From assembly GCA_965644295.1 (NCBI GenBank), contig CBFFRP010000108.1, positions 1 through 64,000 of the forward strand: a stretch of DNA of 64,000 nucleotides, given 5' to 3'. Position numbers and translations under genes: made by a program. This stretch comes from Paraphysomonas bandaiensis. Taxonomy: Eukaryota; Protista; Chrysophyceae. The notes beneath the pieces are model-generated. The model worked only from the letters and a program-made list of their open reading frames with translations. It was not told the origin of the DNA and searched no databases. Positions 35,437 through 48,527 of the stretch are shown here, one piece after another. How positions within the stretch are numbered: the stretch's first letter is position 1; each line of letters begins with the position of its first letter.

Positions 35437-36079
35437 GATGGCAGTACTCTAGTCTAAAGGATGTAATAGATGCAACACAAATTCACTGGTCCTAACTATG
35501 GACCAATACTTTCAACACTGCAAACAAATTATCTCCTTGCAGTGGATGTGATCAGCATGACGATATACTTATAATGCTATAGGAAATTCTTATGGTTGAT
35601 TTCTTCATGTTGCATGTAGTGTGTTGTACAGTAGTGCAGGACTGAAGGGGGAGGAATACCAATGGAAGGAAGGAAATATGTGGTGAATGTATCGTACCGG
35701 TCCGTACACACCACTTTCAGTGTTGTATATAGAGTATCTATTGTACACATAGAGTGTTGTTCAAGTACCAAAATATGGACATAACAAGCAGCAGCAATCA
35801 TACATGCCTTCATGCTATGTGCCATCCACAAGTTCAGACTGATACCCTATTTGGGATTTTTTTTATTGATATACGGTACTGTATACAATACACGTATGAT
35901 GTGTGGTGTGGTGTGAAGTGAGGTGTGTTCCTCTATATGCATACATACAAGATGGTGTTGTGTGTAGTTAGTATAGAAGGATAGTTGTTTCTTTTCAATG
36001 GCTGGATATAAACATATCATCCACAGTATACTTGTAGAGACCATTATCTTTGAGGATTAAAAAGTGTTCTGCTTGTAAA

Positions 36080-37375
36080 ATGATTCGATCAGTTAGATAC
36101 TTAAGACGTGTAGGCATCAGATTGGAGCACACAGCAGCGAAGACGGCAGGCCTGAGCCCTGTCAGTGATGTGCCCGTTACGTCTCATCTCGATATTGTAG
36201 ACACAACTCAGGCGTCGAAATGGCCCATGTTTCAGGTTATAGATTTAGATGGGGCAAAGCTCTCTGACTCCCCTGAAATTGGATTGGACAAAGATAAAAT
36301 TTTACGGATGTATAGAGTCATGTCTCGGCTGCAAAGTCTTGACGATGTGTTTTACAATGCCCAGGTAATGGGAGAATGATTTGCAGATATGATCGTGATT
36401 TACGTTATGCAGCGTCAAGGTCGTATTTCTTTCTATATGCAGAGTGCGGGGGAAGAAGCAGCCACTGTTGGCAGTGCTGCAGCATTGGAGTCCCAAGATA
36501 TAATATTTTCGCAGTATCGCGAGGCTGGTGCGCTGTTGTGGCGTGGATTCACAGTCCAGCAAGCAGCTGATCAATGTTTTTCTAATGAAATGGATCTCGG
36601 TAAGGGACGACAAATGCCGGTTCACTACGGCAGTGCAGAGTTGAACTTTCAAACCATATCATCCCCGCTGGCCACTCAACTACCCCAGGCTTCCGGAGCA
36701 GCGTACGCGCTAAAGATGAACCCTGACAACAATGCCGTAGCATTGTGTTATTTTGGTGAAGGTGCGGCTAGCGAAGGAGATTTTCACGCAGCTCTCAACT
36801 TTGCTGCTACCACCGAGTCCCCCTGCATCTTCTTCTGTCGCAATAATGGATACGCAATATCAACCCCAGTAAAGGATCAGTACCGTGGGGATGGCATCAT
36901 ATCTCGGGCGGCTGGCTATGGCATGCGAGCAATACGTGTGGATGGAAATGACATATTCGCAGTATATATGGCGACACAGGAGGCCCGGCGCCTGGCCCTT
37001 GAGGAGGGCCGCCCGGTATTTATTGAGGCGATGTCATACAGAAGAGGTCACCACTCCACTTCGGATGACTCTACAAGGTATCGCAGTCTCAAAGAAATAA
37101 ATGAATGGGCTACTTTGTGCCCTGTCCGTCGGTTGAGGGCATACATGGAACACCATAACTGGTGGGATGATGCCAAGGAAGCAGAACTCAGGGATGCTGA
37201 GAGGGTAGGAGTGCTCAGCGCTCTCGAGACTGCAGAGCGTCGCCCTCTTCCTCCTGTCTCAGAATTATTTGCAGATGTGTACGCAGAGATGCCTTCCCAT
37301 CTTGTGAAGCAAGAACAGCAACTCCATGAGCACATTGCTAAGTACCCTGATGTCTATGCCCCAGCCAAGCACTAG
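36080..37375 (+). CDS. BCKDHA: Branched-chain alpha-keto acid dehydrogenase E1 alpha, 2 exons
   Basis: 'QRQGRISFYM', 'GKGRQMPVHYGS', 'ISSPLATQLPQA', TPP motif 'FGEGAASEGDFHAALNFA', 'HHSTSDDS'. Confidence 0.96.
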
Positions 37376-37957
37376 ATCGGTTGCACGTGATCGGGTAGTC
37401 TTTAGTTCTACTGAATAGAGCTACGATGATGTGTTGCTCATTGCTTCCGTAGATGGAGGTAATATATATTAGAATAGTTGAGTTGTGATCGTGCATTGAT
37501 GAGGAACGATGATCTGAAAAGAGTAAATTGTATTAATGAATTATTTTCCTACGCTAAAGCACCTATCAAGTTTCATACTGTATTCGAACAATTCTTCTGA
37601 TTAGTATACTAATACGTATAGTATATCCACTAAATCACATTTCTATCAATATAGACTGTCGAAGAAAATTTGTGAAAATTCTTATCTTCCTTTGTCTATT
37701 GACTTCTGGTCACCCGTATACACACTATATATATACTATATTCTATATTCGTATTACAGTTTTTCATATTGTATTTAACGAATAATACAGTTCTATCTTA
37801 GAAGAACATATATATTCCAGCATTCTCATTCAATGTAGAATTGAGTGATCATCATTACACTGCATCTATACATTTCAATCTAATCATAGTAAATAGCTGG
37901 ATAGTGTCACACTTTCCTTGAAAACTCCATTTAATTGGAGGACATTCGGATATTCAT

Positions 37958-38463
37958 ACCTCAACAAAGCCGGTCTCGCACCTTTTCGTGGTGTTCTGGG
38001 GGATAAGTACCGGAGAGATTCTCTCTGGGATACTTACGTGAGCCGCAAACATAGTCGGCAGATATTCTTTGCCCACTCATAGCCGAATGCTTGTGTGGTA
38101 CAAGTAAAAGCGACACAACTAAGTGTCACTAGTGTAGACATCATTTTGGGCCCTGACGAATAAACAGGCATCCGGGACAGGGCCCACCTGAAGGGTAGCT
38201 GGGGTATTGGGCTGCCTGCTGAAGTCAAGCATCCGAGATGTTCACCTTAAGAGCTCAGAGCGGAAGTGGTCGCACCTTGGTGCTTGCGGCGACGCACAAG
38301 CAGCTTCCGTAGCGTTAAATAGTAGGATAAAAAAAGTGTGTACTGATTAGTTACAGGTAGAGGTCTAACTAGTTTGTCTAGCATTCATCTAACTACTAAG
38401 TTCGTGCAGATTTTTAACGCCTATTGCTAATAGTAAGACTTTCAATATATACATACCCACTAA
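37958..38463 (+). mobile_element. Dispersed non-LTR-derived (SINE-like) repeat, copy 2
   Basis: Starts 'cctcaacaaagccgg', carries the best-preserved RNA motif (38260-38310), ends 'cctattgctaatagtaagactttca...actaa'. Confidence 0.75.
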
Positions 38464-39019
38464 AACACAACATCCTAACAACTCCTTGAGCACTTCTTTA
38501 GATTGTCATTCATTTCATTCGAATCACCTCTCTTCCCTCTTGTACGCGTTCTTTCATGATGAGGAAGATAGCGCTTTCGTAAATATTGCAGCAGCCATGT
38601 GTTTCGTTGATACGTGTATCAGTCTTACTGCTGGAAATCTGCCGTTTACATACTCACGTACCCAGTAATACTTAATCTGAATATGATTTGATCATTTGTG
38701 ATATACTGAGTTTTTTGACAAATCTTTTGCACGTTTGTTGTGCATAAAGAATAGAGTTGGCACATATTGTAAAGATTGAATACTTTTGTTGCATGTATAT
38801 TACCACAATAAGCACAATAACAATTAACAGGGTTGTCTTGAATGACATCTACTTTTTTCCAATTATAGTAGTATAATAGTTCTTGGACCGCCCGACGAAG
38901 ATTGGCACGAGCTCGTTGATATCAACTCCAAACCGTTTGTAATATTAACACTTGGCAGTTTGTTAAATAATATGTATTATAGTAATATTTTAACCACGAA
39001 TACCTATTGCTACTCTTCA

Positions 39020-39198
39020 GCTCACTCATAACCAAATGCTTGTGTGGTACATGTAAAAGGGACACTAATAAGTGTCACTTTTGTAGTGTGTAGACGTCTT
39101 TGACACTTGTCGGTACATGAAATAGTAACTAGTAGATTAGAGCCATGATATGCTTAGTGTCGCACGAGTTGTTAGGTTGGTTGCGGCAACGCACAAGC
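39020..39198 (+). mobile_element. Partial copy 3 of the same repeat
   Basis: 'cactcataaccaaatgcttgtgtggtac...aagtgtcactttt' and 'ttgcggcaacgcacaagc'. Confidence 0.6.
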
Positions 39199-39924
39199 TT
39201 GAGCTTCAATAATCAACAATATGTATATAGAATGTAGAGGAATACTTTGCATACAAATAATCCGTTTTAATTCTTTGTCTCTCAATATGTGCGACTACTA
39301 GTAGCCTGGGATTTCCAACGTGGTTTTTTGGTCCTTAAGCTCACCATTACACAAACAGCTACTTGATCCTGGGGAGTTGATCCTGTATGGACTATTGGTC
39401 ATTTTCACAATTAAGATCGTTAAGAGAAGTTTATTGTAATCAAACTAGATAGACTCTTTATTATAATTGCAAACACGACAATTGTGTGTGTTGTCATGTA
39501 AAACATGTCAACAACACGATAATCTATTTTGTTCATATCAACCACTGCTCAACTTCAGTATCTTCAATCGTCATGATACAATACTTCAGTTTCAGAGTTA
39601 TAGTATACTATAATAAGCAGTATTACTGTTTTTCACATTGTATTTAACGTATTTTACAGTACTATCTTAGAGAACCATACGTATTCTATCATCCTGGGGA
39701 GTTATACATACTATAATAATATATCTATTGACTTAATATTTACGGGGCATTAATCGTGCTGAGACTTAATATCAAAAACTCAACTCCAAATCAGAATTTT
39801 AGTTACAACCGACCACCAACAAGGTCACGAACGTTGCCTCTCTTTCGACTACCGAAATTAATACATATGCGCAGTACTTTAATATTTTCTTAAAATTAGC
39901 AATCAATACGTTATATACAATTCG

Positions 39925-41738
39925 TTACATATCATCAGGGTCCACCACAGACCAATCACGATCTTCACAGTCATCACCAGAGCCAACGGTATCGGCACTA
40001 CTTGCATATTTCATTTCGAGCACCGGAACCACATCATAATATCCATCTGTGTCACACTCTTCCATCCCATGCAAGAGATGTGAGTTGGCAAAGCGCTTGC
40101 CATACCTCATCAATAGTACTCTGTCAACACTCCGCTCATCGATCGCGGGCACAAATTCGTCACTGCTATCGCGTGCTGCTGCAAAACCCAGCCACGTAAC
40201 ACGACTAGACCGCTCACCATGTATTTGGGTGACTATGCGGACACAAAGCGCGTACAGCTCGTGTAAATTTAGTAGAAGACATTGAGGTGGCCACAGTGAG
40301 TCAGGAGCGATACCGGCCTTCACACATAGTGCAACCACGTCGGCTTGCAGAAGTGTTAGACCCAGTGCGAATTCTGGATTAACGGCTCGATCATCTTCCG
40401 GTGTATCTTGGGTCTGAGGGCTAGGCCGCATGGTGGGGTAGGGGCTGGGATTTGTTTTCTCTGGTGGGGTAGAGGCAGGGGTGAAGAGATATTCTCTTGT
40501 GTTAGGCTCTGATACGTGATATAGAGCTGTAGATGTAAGATTCTCAGATGCGCCTACATGTTTGTTGTCACACGAAGGAGGAAGTGGCTGGAAAGAAGGC
40601 GCAAGGGCTATGTGCCGCCTGTGCGATATTATAAGTGAAAAGGGTCAGGTTTGCAATCACTCACGATTTGTTCCCATGAGGTGACACCATGGCACACTCC
40701 TGAGCGTCGAAAGGATACAGGGGATGCGGAATAGGAATACAAAGCAAGGCGGATAACGAATCTACCAGATGAGCCACATGCGCCAGAGCCGACACCACAA
40801 CTTCAGCCGGAGCACCTACATATACAGATGGGTAACAGAATTATGAGTTCAATCAACATTAGTAGAAAATTAGAGTTTTCACCTGAAAAATCCCCTGAGT
40901 TGGGAAGTGGTAGGCTTAATATCGTGGAGCATCCAGCCAACTTAATTTTTCTTCCATCAGCTCTACGCTGAGGAATCTGGCAGTCTATCTGGAACCGCAA
41001 AAACACATCAAGTGCGGCCCTCCAGCGACAGGCGCAGAGCATCTGCAGAGAGATGACACAAATCACAATCCGCACACGCATCATACCTGATACAGTACGT
41101 TTTTATTGTTTTCAGAGACGCTTTCCAGAGCCACCCTTTGATCTGCCACGGCCTTTCTCTTTTCACGGGCCATCACTGCAAGTTCTTGACGCCGGGACGC
41201 ATTCTGTCGCACTGATATTGCCTTCTCAGCAAGCTTCAGCTTCTCTGCATGAACTTGTAAATACGTGTGCAGCTATAAAAACACATACTCACTTTTCTCA
41301 ATTCCCTGCATTAGCGCCATCAATTTTAATCTCTGTCGTTGTGCTTTCGTGGAGAGATAGCTCACTTTGCTGTAACTTAAGTATTTATCATCTCCATATC
41401 TCTCCTATCAAAGAATATTACTGAGATGTACAGTCCATATATATATATATATCTTTATGAGCAAGTGCCATGTAATGTAAGTTATGTTTAGAGTACGTTA
41501 ATACAGTACAGTAATACAGCTCAGAGAACTCTGTGCCGTTCATGAACTCAGGTGCAGTATATCCTCATACACAGTGCGCTCAGCACCTCCAGCTCACCTC
41601 TATAATACGGCTGAGGAGAGTGTTAAGGGCCCTACACCTGCTCTCACTCTTTCTTACTCTATTCACCATATCCTCCACCCTCGACACCCCAGACGATGAG
41701 AGGGACACTGACTCTCCGCATGCCTTACACGACTTCAT
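39925..41738 (-). CDS. ATG14/VPS38(UVRAG)-family PI3K complex subunit, multi-exon
   Basis: Reconstructed: MKSCKACG start (41738), coiled-coil exons, 'TILSLPLPNSGDF', 'VVSALAHVAHLVDSLSALLCIPIPHP', 'EFALGLTLLQADVVALCVKAG..LLLNLHEL'. Confidence 0.75.
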
Positions 41739-42798
41739 ACACACAGAGTCAGAGCTATAACATACAGATCGACTCTCCTCCGAGTGCGTATCTTCCTATC
41801 ACACCATCACGTTCAGGTCATCCGCCTTCTTGTTTGAGCTGTATTTCGTAAATGGTACAGTGACTGTAGTTCTAGAGTTACAGGTACGAATACAGCAGCA
41901 GCACACATCATACGGTGGAATACGGAATACTGGAATACTGACTGCCAAAAATACGACAAATTCCAGTAAAATTCCAGTTTCTTGTACAATTGCCTAAACT
42001 GCCTCCAAACAATGGAATGGAATGCTTGCACTCTAAGATCAGTCATACAATAGCAACCAAGACGACAGTAAGACTGCACATTTTCATGGTATTCTGGTGG
42101 ATAAGTAGCTACCGGAGATATTTTCTTTGGAAAAATTGACGTGAGCATCTCCAATTAGAAGAAACAACATGTACTTCTTTGTGATTATCACTAGAATATC
42201 AGGGACACAAATTTACAAATGAAATAATATTAATAAATAGTAATGACAATAGTACTGAGTAGTGGCGCTGCACACTCGATGGATTAAAGGAATCAGTAAA
42301 TAATTTTTCCTATCAGTACTCTATTAATAAAGCAAATAATATGAAATTGTGGGAAACTGCAAGACATACGGCTTTCTACCAACCGAATAAATAAAGTCTG
42401 GGGGAAATTCAAGACTACAGAACAGATTCTTACTGGTATCAAGGTAAAAAGAGGTCGTCGTAAGTAGTTTTATAGAAACGTATGATGTAACACACACGTT
42501 GCGTGTATGTAAACGTGCTATGGCGGAGTCACACATCCACTTGTGTCACATGTGGCTCGGTGATTCCATGTCCTATAGCAGTATTCTTCATTCAAACCAT
42601 TTCAGTTAAATTCATCATTTGATTGAGAGGTAGTGTAGAGTGTATTAGATTAATAATTAAAATTTGCTTAGAAATAGTACATTGTGTGTTATGTAGTTAA
42701 GGCCAACTTAAGTGGGCTGACATGTCCAACTCCAACAAATTCTTAAACTCTGTTATTAGTACACAGCAATACACAGTTCTAAATGGCTCAAAGACTCA

Positions 42799-45102
42799 CT
42801 ACTGCGAAACCAGTACTGAAAACATAGTGCCGCCTAAGACAATAATATCCCCGCTGCTAAACGAGTACCACCTGGCATATACAGTCAATATGAGGCAAAC
42901 ATACAAGAGAGTAATACCGGTTCGGCAACAAGACATTATCATTTATTCTCGAATCATTTAGACACTGTAGACCTTTTATATCAAATGTACAATGGCGCCT
43001 CCTCATCTTGCACCGCAAAACTGCATGCCTGAATTCCAGTCATATCACGGATAAAGGAAAAAAATTGCTGGTTACCTCCCGGACAAATAAATATCATTCG
43101 GCAATGCAATGTCGCAGTCATCTGAAGCACCAATCGTAAATTCACTACCGTCAGTAACTTCTCCCAAATCTAAAAGCAATGGGAATTGGCGTCCAACATA
43201 GTCTGGACACCCCTCGCAAGATCTGACTACAAATTTGACTGTAGTATTGCAATATCTGTTATTTTCCGAAGATTTGCTCGCTACAATATAACTCGATTAG
43301 AGAACATCAAAAGTGAATCTACTGTTCACTAGGCACACATACATTCTTGACCATTGTTTTCTGACAAATCAACCACATCGGGAATCGGAGGGACTTGTGA
43401 GTTAGAATCAGTCCTCCTTCTCTTGTTCATACTAGCCTTACGCATTGTGCTGTCTGGTAGTAATTGTGGGGTAGCAAAACCAGGACAAACCTCATGCTCA
43501 GTTGTGACTTTCGATTGGCTCGCTGCAATGAATTTCGATTAGAAAATATCAAGCGTGTATCTACTATCACTTGGTACACTTACAATTTTGGACGTCGTTT
43601 TCTGACAAATCAACCACTTGCGCAGCCCTGACTGTCGTTTGGCTCGCTGCAATATATTTCGATTAGCGAGCACCATACATGTATTTACTGTTCACTAGAC
43701 ACACGTACATTTTTGAACATCGGGAACTGAAGAAGGTTCTGAATCAATATTATTTATCTTCCTCTTTTTCGTGCTAGCCTTACACCTCGTGATGTCTGGC
43801 GGCAAGTGTGAGGTCGTACCACCAGGATAATCCTCATGCTCAGTCGCGGCTGTCGAAGAACGTTTTTTAGTGTTTTTCTTTCGAGATGAAGGCGCAGTAG
43901 TCTCTGGATTACGTTTTCTATTCCCATCTCTACACTTCATGTTAGCCAACAGCTCGTCGAATTTGTCATAGTCCGGTATTGACTCGTAAGGAATATCTCT
44001 GGCAGCAGTAATGAAAGCACCCAACTATAATATAATTAGCACAACATCAAATCAGTTATGTATACTGACCTCAGGACAACCGGCACTCGCTGCAAGAATA
44101 TTGATATCTGTTGTGCGCTTTATTCTGCGCACCTCGTCAAGGCTGGTAGCGGAATCCCAGGGTAGCCTGCCGCCAAGACGTAGCGAGAGCAAAACATAAC
44201 CCTGAGTCCAAAATTTAAAAAAACGAAGATAGTAACTACGATTCTATTATACCAGAGCCTCAATGTCATCCTTCGGAGCTGCACAGTATCCATCTATTGC
44301 ATCAAGGCTGGCGTACGTAGCGGTCCCTGCAAGGCCTGGCCGTTGGACCCTCTCTCGCGACGCACCGCCCAACATATACTGCGTGTACTTTTCGCACAAA
44401 CCGAAGTCCACAAAATACAACTTGTCCTCTGTCGTGAACTCACTGGATTTATAATTTTTGACTTTATTTTTCACAATCATGAAGTTATCTGGTTTGGTGT
44501 CGACAAAAACATAACCCTTACGGTGCAAAGCCTTCAGACCATCTAACAATTTCTCCCCAACAAGACCAACGCTACGCAATGACGGCTGTTCTGCTGATGA
44601 GGCCATATACTTCAAGTCATAGTCTAACCGCTGCATCACCAAATATCGATAGCCATTTTCTTCTCCGTAACAATTAAACAAAGGTAGCTGAGGAGCGTAC
44701 TCAAAGTCTGAAACAAATAGTAAAATCACGTCAAATAGAGAGATACGATAAACGTTTACCAGTTAAAATCCCACGATACAACATTCGTTCTGTATCAGTG
44801 TAATAAATTAGGCACGAATCGTACTACAGCCACGGTGTGTTACCATAGTTCAATGTGTTCGCCACTTGAGTCTGTTCTTTGGCCTTTTTCCCCTTCCCGG
44901 TGGGCAACTTCACACATTTAACAACCAGGTTCCCCGCGCGAGGGTCCACTTCCTGTACATTTAACGTGAGAGCAGTGAGCAGTGAGAGGGGGGGCTTCAC
45001 CTTCAGAGAAAACACCTCTCCACAGGCTCCAATCCCGATCCGCTGGTCCACTGTCCACTTATTGTTGGAAATCTTTGTTCCAGGCTGAAGCATTGCTGTC
45101 AT
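42799..45102 (-). CDS. CK1/VRK-like Ser/Thr kinase with basic linker and C-terminal FHA-like domain, multi-exon
   Basis: 'IGIGACGEV', 'LVVK', 'YLVMQRL', 'YVFVDTKPDNFMI', 'VDFGL', 'GTATYAS', 'DDIEAL', 'GRLPW', 'PDY'. C-terminal 'FTIGASDDCDIALPNDIYLSGRHA...IND...SGDIIVLG'. Confidence 0.85.
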
Positions 45103-45544
45103 TATCGAGTCGTATAAGTTAATGAACAGTTTCAATGGGCACACATGTGCACTGCTCTGCAGGAGTCCAGTGTGAGAAGAAACTACACTTCTCTCATCTG
45201 ATGGTATATTTTTGGACATTTTCAACGATTATAAGTGTTCCGCTTTGTACGTACAGCAGATTGTATAGGATTTTTCCTGGAACTCGTCTTTTCATATGCA
45301 AACTGTTTTTATAGACAACAATATCTAGATATCATGAAAATAGGAGGTTTCCAACAGCGAATACGTTGGTGTAGAATTGGCGCAGGTCTCTCCATGAGCC
45401 ATTCAGCAGTAGAGTAACACTATCCTCTTCTTACACCAAGTACAAGAGCCTCCACTCACTACTTTAGCTCCTGATAGATCCGTAGTGGGTAAAATAGGTG
45501 ATGAGCTATTGTTTCGTGTGAAATAGTGAGGACGTATCCATCAG

Positions 45545-46498
45545 ATGAACAAGGGTAGCACCGCACGCAGAAACACCACGTGTAGTGCGGCTAGAGGGCC
45601 CTCAGATGAATCTCCGAAAGCAAAGCGACGACGACTAACTGAGAATAAAAGTAGTCCACTTTCGGTAGAATTTACTCCAACAAAGACATCTTGTACAACA
45701 TCGTCTGTGTGCCTTGATGGCACACCGAACAACGACCATACGATAGGTCAGAGTGATACCAATGTCGACGTAACGACTATTTTGTTTTGCAACGCTCTCA
45801 GTGGTGTACTGTTTCGAATTTTTCACGAGAGTAGTGGAACTAACCAGCAATACTCTTACCAGTTTTGCCAATCACAGTCCTCGATACCTCCTCTCCCCAG
45901 TTTACAAGAAATCAGAAATTTTGTTTTCAGAGTAGTTGTTGAGAGCCAGATGGATTTTTCGTGTGCTATTGTGGCTTTGATTTATATTGTGCGAGCTATT
46001 AGTTGCCACTCGCGACACCAAGGAAGTTGCCATCTCATTACCGGTGCTAATTGGCGCTCAGTACTGTTGGCCAGTTTTGTTGTGGGTGGAAAGTTATTGG
46101 ATGATTTTTGCATGCCCAATCAAGACTTCGTGGATATATTTCAACGAGATTTAATAATGGACTCTAACACGTGCGTAATAGAGCCTCTAACCGTTCAACA
46201 TCTAAATGCGATGGAAATTCAACTGTTGAAGGCTGTTGGTTTTGCGGCTTTTATATCGAATGAAGAGTACCAATTATTCTCATCCATTGTGGACTCGGAA
46301 ATTGAAATTATCAAATGTTTGGAGAAGCCACTCGCGAACTCCATAGATACCGAAGTTATTCGATCATATAGCTCTCCTGATTGTAACACTGAGAGTGGTC
46401 TGAAGAGTGATCATAAGAGGGAAAGCATTCCGATTCGTGGACCTGGGAGACTTGTGGAAGTGATATGTGAAACACATGCTGGCATTTACAGCAGTTAA
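45545..46498 (+). CDS. Cyclin (cyclin Y/PHO80-like), intronless
   Basis: Cyclin box 'CAIVALIYIVR...NWRSVLLASFVVGGKLLDDFCMPNQDF...LNAMEIQLLKAVGF'. Confidence 0.8.
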   Translation: MNKGSTARRNTTCSAARGPSDESPKAKRRRLTENKSSPLSVEFTPTKTSCTTSSVCLDGTPNNDHTIGQSDTNVDVTTILFCNALSGVLFRIFHESSGTNQQYSYQFCQSQSSIPPLPSLQEIRNFVFRVVVESQMDFSCAIVALIYIVRAISCHSRHQGSCHLITGANWRSVLLASFVVGGKLLDDFCMPNQDFVDIFQRDLIMDSNTCVIEPLTVQHLNAMEIQLLKAVGFAAFISNEEYQLFSSIVDSEIEIIKCLEKPLANSIDTEVIRSYSSPDCNTESGLKSDHKRESIPIRGPGRLVEVICETHAGIYSS

Positions 46499-47180
46499 AA
46501 GCATTACATAAGGAAAAATACTCACTTCGAAGTTTCTTTTCGTATAGTTATGTGAATTATAGATTGATTTGACCACTCGACGTATAATGTGGTGAGAGAA
46601 CTAGTTTGTTGATAAATATTGTTCGACTGTACCGCCTAATGAATTTTCAATTTGCAATATGTAACTGAACATGCGTTTGCATTGTTATATTAATAATTTT
46701 ATGTATTTCTGATTTGGTAGTCCTCCGTCCGTAGCAAAGTAGACTTCCTGTTATATATGAAAACGGAATACAATATTTTCGTCCTCAATTCTAGTGATAG
46801 TGAGGGGTCGTCAAGAGTGAAGTGAAGTTTCAATTAACTTAGAATTATTCCTTGCAGCGAGAGGCTTCATTGAAAATAATTCTGCTTTAATTATTGATAG
46901 GAACACACCCCAGGATAATATGCATGATGTGGAACGAGCTCACATATATATAATATTTACTAAGCGCTAACAGAACCCGTCTATTTTGGTTTTTGAGGTT
47001 TGAGGTACACACGTACACACTATGCACCAGATGTTAATTTCCTCTGTATACTGCATTATTACGCTTCTACTAAACTAACACGGAAATATTACTTTTCTGC
47101 TCCAATACACAAGCTACTTGACATACGTGTAATACAAAGGGTGCGCTGTCAAAGATATAAGACCTCAACTAACAGCTAAA

Positions 47181-47649
47181 TCATCGTTTGGCAGTTCCCA
47201 ATACTGACACTTTGAATACGGATACATAATCAGCCCAACCAGATAAAATCTACAGAATATATCAGACAAAAGATATACTATCAATACAACATTTGTACCT
47301 TAACTCTCAAGTACTGTGCTGTTACTCTTGGGGGAGCCTGGAGTTGTATTCTCTGAACTTCACTATCTGATTCTGCAGATTCTGCAGTGCAAATTGCGTC
47401 CCACATATTTGCTTGTGGACCTTCGCATTTACCCAACTCTACACTACGTATTCCACAGGAGACCACTTCTACACCCTTAATTAAGCTGGGCTCTCCAAGT
47501 TGTATAATTATTTCTTGAGGGAAAGATCCAGTCGTTAACCAAAAAGTGCTGTATTCTCCGTCTATTATAGAAGAAGGCGGAAACTTGAAGTCATAAGATG
47601 ACGAGCTCAATATAGACGCCCCAGAAAATTCGTTTGCTAGCTCAGTCAT
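47181..47649 (-). CDS. IFT25: Intraflagellar transport protein 25 (HSPB11), 2 exons
   Basis: 'GASILSSSSYDFKFPPSSIIDG..TFWLTTGSFPQEIII'; last exon 'ILSGWADYVSVFKVSVLG'. Confidence 0.9.
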
Positions 47650-48527
47650 ACTCCAGCTTAATGTCGATAGATATTGACGCAGTTTAAGTTGATCTGCCGA
47701 CATAACTGTAACGAATATACTACCCAGACTTGGACTACTGCTGTATACAGAGTATACGGTACTGCTGCACAACTGTCAATCTGCTGGTACGATATCTCGA
47801 TATCTAGATATCTATGGAGATATACGACACAGAGGATCAGCTGGAGTGCCATTATCTAAGACCAGCGCTCTTTATTCAGAGAGGAATTGATTAAAATCTC
47901 ACCACATCTAATTTTGGTCTTTGTATTGATAACTTGAAAGTCAATGTTGCCATGTAGAGTTATCTGGATAGCATGATAGCATACAGCAAGCACACAGGCT
48001 TGCATAGGAGTTGATGCATATCATTGTTTCATGTGTACCTATGTTCGTGAGTGCTCGCTTTTATCATTGTTTTAAGCTAACTTCTATGACCATATTGTTC
48101 TGAAATGTGTGGCTAAATTGCTAACAAGAAATGACAAGTGGGAGTTTGAATCATTCTTTTTTTGACTTGGCCAATACCACACTTTATATTGACGAAATAA
48201 CTGAATCGTATTGAATAGTTTAAATGTCAAAAATATAGAGTTGCTAGAAAAATCTTTGCGGAAAAGTGAACGTAACCATAAAACTATGCTGAACCTTCTT
48301 TATTATTTTAGAATGTACACGAATACAAAGCAGGAAAACAGTAATTCTTTTTGCTTACTTTGAAATAAGCACGGTAATCAAAACACTAAATCGTTGAACA
48401 TGCAACCCCGTCTAGCATAACCAACTCGAATTGAATTCAATACGTTCGCTCTGACCCCCATGACACTCAATAATATATACTAGCAGCTATTGATATACAC
48501 TTTTATATGAGGTATAGAGCATTACGC

